Assembly: GCF_040395855.1 (NCBI RefSeq)
Contig: NZ_JBEBPO010000002.1
Coordinates: forward strand, 2,761-66,760
Source of the DNA: Herminiimonas fonticola
GTDB taxonomy: Bacteria; Pseudomonadota; Gammaproteobacteria; Burkholderiales; Burkholderiaceae_D
Direction of reading: 5' to 3'
DNA length: 64,000 nucleotides
Made by a program: the position numbers and the translations under genes
In this document: in pieces, positions 26,682 to 35,379 of the stretch
Position numbering within the stretch: the first letter of the stretch is position 1
How the letters are laid out: each line of letters starts with the position of its first letter
Notes under the pieces: model-generated
Told to the model about the DNA's origin: nothing
The model's database searches: none
Seen by the model: only the letters and a program-made list of their open reading frames with translations

Positions 26682-27533
26682 TCAAAGTTCGATTTCGCCT
26701 TCGAATACCGTCACAGCCGGGCCGGTCAACAGGACGGGCGCGGTATCGCCTGCCCATGCAATCGACAATTCGCCGCCGCGCGTCTGCACCCTGACGGGGG
26801 ACGCCAGCAAGCCGCGTCGTATGCCGGTGACGACCGCCGCGCAGGCACCAGTGCCGCAGGCCAATGTTTCACCGGCACCGCGCTCGAACACGCGCAACTT
26901 GATCTGGTGCGTATCGATGATTTGCATGAAGCCGGCGTTGACGCGTTTGGGGAAGCGCGGATGATGTTCAATCAACACGCCATCTTCGCGTACCGGCGCA
27001 TGATCTACATCGGCGACTATTTGCACCGCGTGTGGATTGCCCATCGACAAGACGGAAATCCAGTAGGTTTCGCCCTTGATATCCAGCGGCCACAAGGTGT
27101 CTGCACCTTCCGCCTTGCACAACAGATCGCTGGCGTCGAATGGAACATCTTCCGGTGTCAGGATGGGCGCGCCCATATCGACGGTAATCTGGCCATTGGC
27201 TTCGAGTCGCGGCTCGATTACGCCAGACATGGTTTCTACCTTGATGGCCTGCTTGTTCGTGAGTTTTTTATCGGTCACGAATTTGACGAAGGCGCGCGCG
27301 CCATTGCCGCACTGCTCGACTTCGCCGCCGTCGGCGTTATAAATGCGATAGCGAAAATCGACGTCTGCGGCTTGCGGCTTTTCCACTACCAGCATTTGAT
27401 CGGCGCCCACACCAAAGCGCCGGTCTGCCAAATGTTGCCATTGTGCCGGCGTGAAGCTGATGGATTGATTGATGGCATCGATAACGACGAAATCGTTACC
27501 GGCGCCATGCATTTTTGTGAATTTGATTTTCAT
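26682..27533 (-). CDS. dapF: Diaminopimelate epimerase
   Basis: '[11 protein letters not shown]', 'EQCGNGAR', 'MGNPH', '[13 protein letters not shown]'. Confidence 0.97.
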   Translation of the reverse strand: MKIKFTKMHGAGNDFVVIDAINQSISFTPAQWQHLADRRFGVGADQMLVVEKPQAADVDFRYRIYNADGGEVEQCGNGARAFVKFVTDKKLTNKQAIKVETMSGVIEPRLEANGQITVDMGAPILTPEDVPFDASDLLCKAEGADTLWPLDIKGETYWISVLSMGNPHAVQIVADVDHAPVREDGVLIEHHPRFPKRVNAGFMQIIDTHQIKLRVFERGAGETLACGTGACAAVVTGIRRGLLASPVRVQTRGGELSIAWAGDTAPVLLTGPAVTVFEGEIEL

Positions 27534-27589
27534 GTGGCGATTATATAGCTGCGGCAGCTGGATCTGGAAAGCGGGGTATCCGGCTTGCG

Positions 27590-28489
27590 TCAGTAAGCTG
27601 GCGGCGCTTCATCCGGAGTATTTGCGGCATAGAAGCTGGCTTCGCCGGGCGGACGGGTCTTGAAGCGTTTGTGCGTCCAGAAGTATTCGGCTGGCGCTTC
27701 GCGCGCGCGATCTTCGATGAATGCGTTCATCGTGCGGGTGGCGGCAGTGATGTCGTCCCCGGGAAAATTTTCCCAGGCCGGATAAAATTTGACAGTCCAG
27801 CCGCGATAGCCGGGCAGATAAGTGGCGATGACCGGAATCACCTTGGCCTTGGTGGCAGCAGCGATGCGCGCCGGCGCCGTCAGGGTAGCGGCTGGTACGC
27901 CGAAAAACGGAATGAACTCGGCATCCTTGGCGCCGAAATCCATATCCGGCAGCATGAAGAAGGGCAAGCCGTCGCGCATGGCGCGTATGATCGGTTTGAC
28001 GCCTTCTTCGCGCGCAAACAGTTTGACCGGACGAAAACGCGAACGACCTTTGCGCAGTACCTGATCGAAGACGGGATTGAGTTGCTGCGTGTAGATGGAA
28101 CACAGCGAGGATTCCAGCATCACGGCGACGCCGGCCACATCCAGGCTGACGAAATGCGGGCATAGCAATATGGTCGGGCTGGCCTTGATGGCTTCCACCG
28201 GCACGCCGGGCTCAATGAATATCAGGCGGCGCAGGCGCGCTTCGGAAGCCCACCACAGAATGCCGCGTTCCAGCACGCTGCGCGCATAGTTCTGAAAATG
28301 TTTTTTTGCGACGGCGTGGCGCTGTTCTTCACTCCATTCGGGGAAGCACAGGCGCAGATTGATCAGCGTGATGCGACGGCGCGACTTCTTGTAAACAAAC
28401 AGCAGACTGCCGATACCTTCGCCCAAGCGCGCAAGCAGCGGCAGTGGCAGCCAGTGCAACAGCCACATCAGTATGACCAGCAATCTCAT
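27590..28489 (-). CDS. Lipid A biosynthesis acyltransferase (LpxL/HtrB-like)
   Basis: 'PHFVSLD', 'MLPDMD', 'FFGVPAATL', '[12 protein letters not shown]'; ATG overlaps the upstream TGA. Confidence 0.85.
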   Translation of the reverse strand: MRLLVILMWLLHWLPLPLLARLGEGIGSLLFVYKKSRRRITLINLRLCFPEWSEEQRHAVAKKHFQNYARSVLERGILWWASEARLRRLIFIEPGVPVEAIKASPTILLCPHFVSLDVAGVAVMLESSLCSIYTQQLNPVFDQVLRKGRSRFRPVKLFAREEGVKPIIRAMRDGLPFFMLPDMDFGAKDAEFIPFFGVPAATLTAPARIAAATKAKVIPVIATYLPGYRGWTVKFYPAWENFPGDDITAATRTMNAFIEDRAREAPAEYFWTHKRFKTRPPGEASFYAANTPDEAPPAY

Positions 28490-29370
28490 TGCGCAACCTT
28501 GCCGGCGTCTGAAGGGGCCTGTTCGTTGGGGACTGCGACGCCGGCCGGTATCTTGTAGTGGTTGTAACTCCAGAAATATTGCGCCGGGCACATGCTGATC
28601 AATTGCTCCATGGCGGCATTGATTGCGCGTACCTGTTGTTCCGGTGCCAAGTCATCCGCCATATCGAAAGGCATGAAGTGCAATATGTATCCCTTGCCGC
28701 GCGGCAGTCGTTCGGCGAAGGCAAGTATCATCGTCGCGCCGCTCATCTCCCGCAACTTGGCCGGCAAGGTCATCGTATAGGCAGGCTTGCCAAAGAAATC
28801 GGCCCACACGCCTTCGCCGTTTTGCGGCACCTGATCGGGCAGCAATCCAATTGCGCCGCTTCTTTTCAATACCTTGAACAGAGTGCGCACGCCGCTCAGA
28901 TTGGCCGGCGCCAATGCGAGGTTGTGTCGTGCACGCGCATCTTCGATCAAGGGTTTCAATGCGGCTTGCCGTGGCGGACGGTACAGCACGGTCAGCGGTA
29001 TTTGTGCTGCAGCAGCCTGCGCGGAAATTTCAAAGCAGCCCAAATGCGGCGTCAGGAAGATAATGCCGCGCTTGTCCGTGTGGGCCTGTTGCACCACATC
29101 CCAGTTCTTGATCTGGACGGTTTTTAATACGCGTTCAGGTGGCGCACACCAGACGAAAGGCAGTTCCAGTACATTCTTGCCGGATTCGGCAATGGCGGCC
29201 GACAAATGTTCGCCAAAGCCGGCCTGGCGGATATTTTCCTGCAGGCGCCGGCGATAGGTGGGAGAGGCAAGATAAACCACCCAGCCGAAGGCGCTGCCCA
29301 TTGCATGCAATATTGGCAAAGGCAGGTAAGACAGCAGGCGGAAAAGAAGAACTAGCATTGCGTCGAGCAT
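28486..29370 (-). CDS. Lysophospholipid/lipid A acyltransferase family protein
   Basis: 'TPHLGCFE', 'LLPDQVP', 'FFGKPAYTM', 'YFWSYNHYK'. Confidence 0.85.
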   Translation of the reverse strand: MLDAMLVLLFRLLSYLPLPILHAMGSAFGWVVYLASPTYRRRLQENIRQAGFGEHLSAAIAESGKNVLELPFVWCAPPERVLKTVQIKNWDVVQQAHTDKRGIIFLTPHLGCFEISAQAAAAQIPLTVLYRPPRQAALKPLIEDARARHNLALAPANLSGVRTLFKVLKRSGAIGLLPDQVPQNGEGVWADFFGKPAYTMTLPAKLREMSGATMILAFAERLPRGKGYILHFMPFDMADDLAPEQQVRAINAAMEQLISMCPAQYFWSYNHYKIPAGVAVPNEQAPSDAGKVAQ

Positions 29371-29430
29371 CCTCTTTTTACAAGACTTTGCCGAATTTTT
29401 TCAAGAGGCGTAAAATAGCACAAAGAAGCA

Positions 29431-29485
29431 ACCGCCGAGTTAATGACAACTTGCGAGGCGGTATATAAATTTCGCTAAAGCGTCG
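29431..29485 (+). ncRNA. SAM-II-like riboswitch aptamer upstream of metK
   Basis: P1 ACCGCC/GGCGGU; UUGC pairing with GCUAA; UGAC/GUCG pseudoknot extension; A-rich linker; located in the metK leader. Confidence 0.7.
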
Positions 29486-29537
29486 CAGGTTCACTGAGTT
29501 GACCGCGACATAACCAACTTTAATGAAAGAACCTGCG

Positions 29538-30701
29538 ATGGCTAATGATTTTCTGTTTACCTCCGAATCCGTCTCTGAAGGGCACCCAGACAAGGTCGCC
29601 GATCAAATTTCCGACGCGATCCTTGATGCAATTTTCCAGCAAGATCCAAAGGCACGTGTTGCAGCAGAAACGCTGTGCAACACCGGTCTGGTTGTACTGG
29701 CTGGTGAAATCACCACGTTTGCCAACGTCGATTACATCGAAGTAGCGCGCGACACCATCAAACGCATCGGTTACGACAATGCCGACTACGGCATCGATTA
29801 CAAGAGCTGCTCAGTGCTGGTCGCCTATGACAAGCAATCGCCGGACATCGCACAAGGTGTGGATGAAGGCGCCGGTATCGACCTCGACCAGGGTGCTGGC
29901 GATCAGGGTTTGATGTTCGGTTACGCTTGCGATGAAACACCGGAACTGATGCCGGCTGCGATTCACTACGCGCACCGCATCGTCGAGCGTCAATCGGAAT
30001 TGCGCAAAGACGGTCGTTTGCCTTGGCTGCGTCCGGATGCAAAATCGCAAGTTACCTTGCGTTATGTTGATGGCCGCCCGGTTTCCATCGATACCATTGT
30101 GCTGTCGACGCAACATGCGCCGGAAATGCAACACAAGGACATCGAAGAAGCTGTCATCGAAAGCATTATCAAACCAGTCGTACCGGCTGAATGGCTGAAA
30201 GACACGCGCTTCCTGGTGAACCCGACAGGTCGTTTCGTCATCGGCGGTCCGCAAGGCGATTGCGGTTTGACCGGTCGCAAGATCATTGTTGACACCTACG
30301 GCGGTGCAGCCCCGCATGGCGGCGGCGCATTCTCCGGCAAGGATCCTTCAAAGGTCGATCGTTCCGCTGCTTACGCTGGCCGTTATGTCGCTAAAAACAT
30401 CGTTGCAGCTGGCTTGGCTGAACGCGCACAAATCCAGATTTCGTACGCCATCGGTGTGGCAAAACCGACTTCGGTCATGGTTACGACTTTCGGCACCGGC
30501 AAAATCAGCGATGAAAAAATCGCTCAACTGGTGCTCGAACATTTCGACCTGCGTCCAAAAGGCATCGTGCAAATGCTGGATTTGCTGCGCCCTATCTATC
30601 AAAAAACCGCAGCCTACGGTCACTTCGGTCGCGAAGAGCCGGAATTCACATGGGAACGCACCGATAAGGCCGCAGCATTGCGTGCAGCCGCCGGTCTGTA
30701 A
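29538..30701 (+). CDS. metK: S-adenosylmethionine synthetase
   Basis: '[13 protein letters not shown]', 'GAGDQG', 'GGGAFSGKD'. Confidence 0.98.
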   Translation: MANDFLFTSESVSEGHPDKVADQISDAILDAIFQQDPKARVAAETLCNTGLVVLAGEITTFANVDYIEVARDTIKRIGYDNADYGIDYKSCSVLVAYDKQSPDIAQGVDEGAGIDLDQGAGDQGLMFGYACDETPELMPAAIHYAHRIVERQSELRKDGRLPWLRPDAKSQVTLRYVDGRPVSIDTIVLSTQHAPEMQHKDIEEAVIESIIKPVVPAEWLKDTRFLVNPTGRFVIGGPQGDCGLTGRKIIVDTYGGAAPHGGGAFSGKDPSKVDRSAAYAGRYVAKNIVAAGLAERAQIQISYAIGVAKPTSVMVTTFGTGKISDEKIAQLVLEHFDLRPKGIVQMLDLLRPIYQKTAAYGHFGREEPEFTWERTDKAAALRAAAGL

Positions 30702-30736
30702 TTGGCAGTTTGTAACCAAGTTGTAGTTGTACTTTG

Positions 30737-30780
30737 TGGTCGGATGAAATTCATGCAGAATTCATCCGACCATTTTGTTT
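30737..30780 (+). terminator. Intrinsic terminator after metK
   Basis: 12-bp stem TGGTCGGATGAA/TTCATCCGACCA followed by TTTTGTTT. Confidence 0.8.
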
Positions 30781-30790
30781 TGAGAAGTGA

Positions 30791-31744
30791 ATGTCTATTG
30801 TGAATATCGTCAGTCGCATCGTGTTTCCAGTATTGGTATTGCTTGGCAGCGCCGTGTCGGCAAATGCCGGCACAAGCGTTGCGGTCAAGGTACCTGCAGT
30901 GGCGGCGCCGACCGAACTTGAGAAGTGGTGCCGGCGTCTGGTGGTGCGCTTGCCCGGAATCACGAACCCGATGTGTAAGCGTAGCGAACTGGTGCCGACC
31001 GGCGTCAATTCACTGCAAGGATTTCCCTTGCTGGCGCGGCAGATTCCTGCCGTCAAAAGCGAGGGGCATACTCATCCGCCGCTGCGGGTATTGCTGATGG
31101 GTGGAATTCACGGTGATGAACTGACTTCTGCATCCATTGTGTTTCGCTGGCTGGAGTTGATGCCGACACCGGCTGCGCAGCATTTTGAATGGAGTGTGGT
31201 GCCGGTCGTCAATCCCGATGGTTTGCTGGCGCCGCGTGCCAGACGCATGAATGCGAATGGCGTTGATTTGAATCGCAATTTCCCGACGCCGGGCTGGAAG
31301 CATGATGCGCCGCACTACTGGGCCGTCAGAACCAAAAGTGATCCGCGTCGCTTTCCCGGTCATGCGCCTTTGTCTGAGCCTGAGAGCCGCTGGGTGCATG
31401 ATGAAATGCTGCGTTTTCGGCCTGACGTGATCATTTCCGTGCATGCACCTTTTGGCGTGCTGGATTTTGATGGACCGGCAGAGCCGCCACGTCGCTTCGG
31501 TCGTTTATTGCTTAATCGTGTAGGGGTATATCCCGGCTCTTTGGGCAATTACAGCGGCGTGCATAAAAATGTCCCGGTGATCACGATAGAGTTGCCGAAT
31601 GCGCAAAAAATGCCTTCCGAAGCTGAAGTAAAACGGATATGGCTGGATATGCTGGGTTGGATAAGAGACAACGTTGAGCCGCACACCGAAACTGCCCGCG
31701 TGCATTCGGTATCCATGCCCAATTCCGCACCATTGAAAAAGTAA
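30791..31744 (+). CDS. M14 zinc carboxypeptidase, MpaA-like murein peptide amidase with a signal peptide
   Basis: 'GGIHGDE', 'VNPDG', 'NANGVDLNRNFP', 'SEPE', 'SVHAP', 'YPGSLG', 'TIELP'. Confidence 0.8.
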   Translation: MSIVNIVSRIVFPVLVLLGSAVSANAGTSVAVKVPAVAAPTELEKWCRRLVVRLPGITNPMCKRSELVPTGVNSLQGFPLLARQIPAVKSEGHTHPPLRVLLMGGIHGDELTSASIVFRWLELMPTPAAQHFEWSVVPVVNPDGLLAPRARRMNANGVDLNRNFPTPGWKHDAPHYWAVRTKSDPRRFPGHAPLSEPESRWVHDEMLRFRPDVIISVHAPFGVLDFDGPAEPPRRFGRLLLNRVGVYPGSLGNYSGVHKNVPVITIELPNAQKMPSEAEVKRIWLDMLGWIRDNVEPHTETARVHSVSMPNSAPLKK

Positions 31745-31797
31745 TTTTCATCGAGGTGACATGGCTTCAGGCATGTTTTTCGATTAAAATAGCAGCC

Positions 31798-31880
31798 GCA
31801 TCAAGGAGCGTTGCGATAGGTCGTTCAAATGAATAGACCTACCAGGCTTGATGTAGTCAATACCAGTAACTGCGCTCACG
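31798..31880 (+). ncRNA. SAH riboswitch upstream of ahcY
   Basis: P1 GCAUCAAG/CUUGAUGU, GAGCGUUGC core, P2 UAGGUC/GACCUA, CCAGG, pseudoknot GAGCG/CGCUC. Confidence 0.92.
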
Positions 31881-31908
31881 TTTCTTTTTTTCTAACCGAA
31901 AGGAGGGC

Positions 31909-33351
31909 GTGATGAACGCCGCAGTTATGACCACCTCTACCAAATTCACTGATTACATCATCGCTGATCTTTCCCTGTCCGCCTGGGGCGACAAGGAAAT
32001 CAAGATCGCAGAAACCGAAATGCCTGGCCTGATGGCAATTCGCGAAGAATTCGCCGCTGCGCAACCACTGAAGGGTGCGCGCATCACCGGCTCGATCCAC
32101 ATGACGATTCAAACCGCCGTACTGATCCAGACGCTGGAAGCGCTGGGTGCCAAAGTGCGTTGGGCATCGTGCAACATCTATTCGACACAGGATCACGCTG
32201 CTGCCGCTATCGCTGCTGCCGGCACGCCAGTATTCGCTGTCAAAGGCGAAACACTGGACGATTACTGGGAATACACGCACCGCATTTTTGAATGGCCGAA
32301 CGACGACAAAGGCGCGCCGGTTTACTCGAACATGATTCTGGATGACGGCGGCGACGCAACCTTGCTGCTGCACCTCGGCACACGTGCTGAAAAAGATGCA
32401 TCGGTATTGAACAACCCAGGTTCGGAAGAAGAAATCTGTCTGTTCAACTCGATCAAGAAACATCTGGCAGTGGACGCAACCTGGTATTCGAAACGTTTGC
32501 CGCAAATCCTCGGCGTGACCGAAGAAACCACCACCGGCGTGCATCGTTTGTACCAAATGCACAAGGAAGGCAAGCTGGCTTTCCCTGCGATCAACGTTAA
32601 CGACTCCGTTACCAAATCCAAGTTCGACAATCTGTACGGCTGCCGCGAATCGCTGGTTGACGGCATCAAGCGCGCAACCGACGTCATGATCGCCGGTAAA
32701 GTGGCAGTCATCGCCGGTTACGGTGACGTCGGCAAGGGTTCGGCACAAGCGATGCGTGCCTTGTCGGCACAAGTCTGGGTGACCGAAATCGATCCTATCT
32801 GCGCATTGCAGGCAGCGATGGAAGGTTATCGCGTTGTGACGATGGAATACGCTGCTGCACATGGCGACATTTTCGTTACCTGCACCGGTAACTACCACGT
32901 CATCACGCATGATCACATGGCCAAGATGAAAGATCAGGCGATTGTCTGCAACATCGGTCACTTCGACAATGAAATCGAAGTCGCTGCGTTGAAACAATAC
33001 ACATGGGAAAACATCAAGCCGCAAGTCGATCACATCATCTTCCCTGACGGCAAGCGCATCATCCTGCTGGCCGAAGGTCGTCTGGTCAATCTGGGTTGCG
33101 GCACCGGCCATCCGTCCTACGTGATGAGTTCGTCGTTTGCGAACCAGACGATCGCGCAGATCGAGTTGTATGCAAACACGAAAAATTATCCGGTCGGCGT
33201 CTACACCTTGCCGAAACATCTGGATGAAAAAGTCGCGCGTTTGCAGTTGAAAAAACTCAATGCACAATTGACTACCTTGACGAACGAGCAAGCCGATTAT
33301 ATCGGCGTAGCGCAAACGGGTCCGTACAAGCCAGAGCACTATCGTTACTAA
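31909..33351 (+). CDS. ahcY: Adenosylhomocysteinase
   Basis: '[12 protein letters not shown]', '[10 protein letters not shown]', 'EETTTGV', 'GYGDVGKG', 'EGRLVNLG'. Confidence 0.98.
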   Translation: MMNAAVMTTSTKFTDYIIADLSLSAWGDKEIKIAETEMPGLMAIREEFAAAQPLKGARITGSIHMTIQTAVLIQTLEALGAKVRWASCNIYSTQDHAAAAIAAAGTPVFAVKGETLDDYWEYTHRIFEWPNDDKGAPVYSNMILDDGGDATLLLHLGTRAEKDASVLNNPGSEEEICLFNSIKKHLAVDATWYSKRLPQILGVTEETTTGVHRLYQMHKEGKLAFPAINVNDSVTKSKFDNLYGCRESLVDGIKRATDVMIAGKVAVIAGYGDVGKGSAQAMRALSAQVWVTEIDPICALQAAMEGYRVVTMEYAAAHGDIFVTCTGNYHVITHDHMAKMKDQAIVCNIGHFDNEIEVAALKQYTWENIKPQVDHIIFPDGKRIILLAEGRLVNLGCGTGHPSYVMSSSFANQTIAQIELYANTKNYPVGVYTLPKHLDEKVARLQLKKLNAQLTTLTNEQADYIGVAQTGPYKPEHYRY

Positions 33352-33473
33352 GCAATTGGCGTGTAACAGCGCTGCAGTATATCGGGCAGGTGTTTGACAG
33401 AAGTAGCCGAGCCGCTTCATCACTGTATCGGTGAAGCGGCGATTTCCTGTAGTTGATTGAGAGGAGAAATCAC

Positions 33474-33818
33474 ATGCGCTTATTGTTAATCTGGGCGATC
33501 AATGCGGCAGCGCTGTTCGCGCTTCCTTACCTGATGACGTCGATCAGGGTAGATAGCGTAGCTACGGCGCTCATTGCAGCGCTGGTGCTGGGGCTGGTCA
33601 ATGCATTGATCCGGCCTGTGCTGGTCTTGCTCACGTTGCCGGTCACCTTGCTGACGCTGGGGCTGTTCATCTTTGTGATCAATGCGCTGATGTTCTGGGG
33701 CGTATCGCAATTGGTGGGTGGCTTCCATGTCGCCGGTTTCTGGTCGGCATTCGGCGGTGCAATCCTGTACAGCATCATTTCGTGGATACTGTCCTCGCTC
33801 TTACTCCAAGAACCATGA
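33474..33818 (+). CDS. Phage-holin-like 4-TM membrane protein (YvlD/DUF360 type)
   Basis: 'LVNALIRPVLVLLTLPVTLLTLGLFIFVINA'; GAGGAG RBS; stop overlaps the metF start. Confidence 0.85.
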   Translation: MRLLLIWAINAAALFALPYLMTSIRVDSVATALIAALVLGLVNALIRPVLVLLTLPVTLLTLGLFIFVINALMFWGVSQLVGGFHVAGFWSAFGGAILYSIISWILSSLLLQEP

Positions 33819-34666
33819 CACAACAAAACTTCAGCATAGAATTTTTCCCGCCCAAGACGCCGCTCGGTGTCGAGAAGCTGCGGGTGACGTGCGCCAAGCT
33901 GGCCGAGCTGAATCCGAAGTATTTCTCGGTCACGTTCGGCGCCGGCGGTTCGACGCAACACGGTACGCTGGATACGGTACTGGAAATCCGCGGTGCCGGT
34001 CACGATGCGGCGCCGCATCTTTCCTGCCTGGGCAGTTCACGTGAAAATCTGCGTGCGATTTTGCAGGAATACAAATCGCACGGGATCAAACGCATCGTCG
34101 CCTTGCGTGGCGATCTGCCCAGCGGTTATGGCGCAATGGATGCTTCGTCCAGCGAATTTCATTACGCCAACGAACTGGTGGAATTCATACGGGCGGAAAC
34201 CGGCGACTGGTTTCATATCGAAGTCGCCGCTTATCCGGAAATGCATCCGCAAGCCAAGTCGCCCAGCGACGATATTGCCAGCTATGCACGCAAGGTAAAG
34301 GCCGGTGCGGATTCAGCCATTACGCAGTATTTCTACAATGCGGATGCCTATTTCCGTTTTGTGGATGATGCGCGCAAGGCAGGTGCAGATGTACCGGTGA
34401 CAGCCGGTGTGATGCCCATCACCAACTATTCGCAGCTGATGCGTTTCTCGGACATGTGCGGCGCGGAAATTCCGCGCTGGATACGCCTGAAACTGGCCAG
34501 TTACAACGACGATACCGATTCTATACGCGCCTTTGGCCTGGATGTGGTGACGGATTTGTGCGAGCGTTTACTGGCTGGTGGTGCGCCCGGCCTGCATTTC
34601 TATACGCTGAATCAGGCGGCAGCCACGCATGCGATCTGGAGCCGTTTGAATCTGTCGCAGAAGTAA
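33815..34666 (+). CDS. metF: 5,10-methylenetetrahydrofolate reductase
   Basis: 'SIEFFPPK', 'SVTFGAGGS', 'ALRGD', 'AAYPE', 'ITQYF', 'HFYTLN'. Confidence 0.96.
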   Translation: MTQQNFSIEFFPPKTPLGVEKLRVTCAKLAELNPKYFSVTFGAGGSTQHGTLDTVLEIRGAGHDAAPHLSCLGSSRENLRAILQEYKSHGIKRIVALRGDLPSGYGAMDASSSEFHYANELVEFIRAETGDWFHIEVAAYPEMHPQAKSPSDDIASYARKVKAGADSAITQYFYNADAYFRFVDDARKAGADVPVTAGVMPITNYSQLMRFSDMCGAEIPRWIRLKLASYNDDTDSIRAFGLDVVTDLCERLLAGGAPGLHFYTLNQAAATHAIWSRLNLSQK

Positions 34667-34690
34667 TCCAGGCGCTGATTTTTGGATTGC

Positions 34691-34717
34691 AAAAAAGCCG
34701 CGTATGCGGCTTTTTTT
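34691..34717. terminator. Bidirectional terminator between metF and ygfA
   Basis: AAAAAAGCCGC-GTAT-GCGGCTTTTTTT between convergent genes. Confidence 0.88.
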
Positions 34718-35276
34718 ATGCGTGATCTTGCGCCAGCGTCATCGATGGCGTCATCACCATATCCAGCGCAACATCGTAGGGATCGGCAGAAAAAACGGTT
34801 TCTGCATTTGCGTAGGCGACGCCTATCGTATGTGGTCGCGGGACTGATGCCAGAGTCCTGTCGTAAAAACCGCCGCCATAACCGAGCCGAAAGCGTTGCG
34901 TGTTAAAACCTACGCAGGGGATGATCAGTGCTTGCGGCTGCAGTTCGACATGTTGATCTGCCGGCACGGCCGCGCCGTATCGATCTTTGATGACGGGGTC
35001 GCCGGGTGTCCACGCACAGAACTTTAAAGGTGCGTTATCACTCACAACCACAGGCAATGCGAGTTGCACGCCCAGTTCAGCGAGTGTTGCATAGGCAGCA
35101 TTCAAATCGGGTTCGCCGCGCATCGGCCAGTAAACGCCAATGACATGGAGGCGTTTAATGGTCCACCATGCCATGATTTTTTCGACAAGTTGCTTATCCC
35201 AAAGCAGACGTTGCTCGGGAGTGACGGCATTGCGTGATGCGAGCAGGGTTTTGCGTAATTCAGTCTTGTTTTGCAT
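34716..35276 (-). CDS. 5-formyltetrahydrofolate cyclo-ligase
   Basis: 'YWPMRGEPD', 'IPCVGF..RLGYGGGFYDRTL', 'YDVALD'. Confidence 0.92.
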   Translation of the reverse strand: MQNKTELRKTLLASRNAVTPEQRLLWDKQLVEKIMAWWTIKRLHVIGVYWPMRGEPDLNAAYATLAELGVQLALPVVVSDNAPLKFCAWTPGDPVIKDRYGAAVPADQHVELQPQALIIPCVGFNTQRFRLGYGGGFYDRTLASVPRPHTIGVAYANAETVFSADPYDVALDMVMTPSMTLAQDHA

Positions 35277-35379
35277 GTATACAGACACGGATGCAGTGGC
35301 GTCGCGTGCTATTCTAGTTATCGTTGCGGTTCAGTATAAGCGCGTCAAAAAGCGGGTCAAAAGAAGGGTTGCCGAATTC

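Noticed and set aside
33474-33818. Holin as evidence of a prophage
   Set aside because: No endolysin, structural or integrase genes; embedded in ahcY-metF
35277-35379. 6S RNA next to ygfA, and a GTCAAAA direct repeat (35344-35362)
   Set aside because: The gap is only about 100 bp and shared with the divergent slt promoter; no long 6S-like duplex; the repeat is too short to be significant
35140-35379. Long N-terminal extensions in the ORF track (slt from 35140; also gpsA 13894, kinase 4903, RR 5615, COG0523 24305, mpg 53016, PCuAC 56830)
   Set aside because: They overlap neighbouring genes or promoters; downstream starts give typical N-termini or signal peptides
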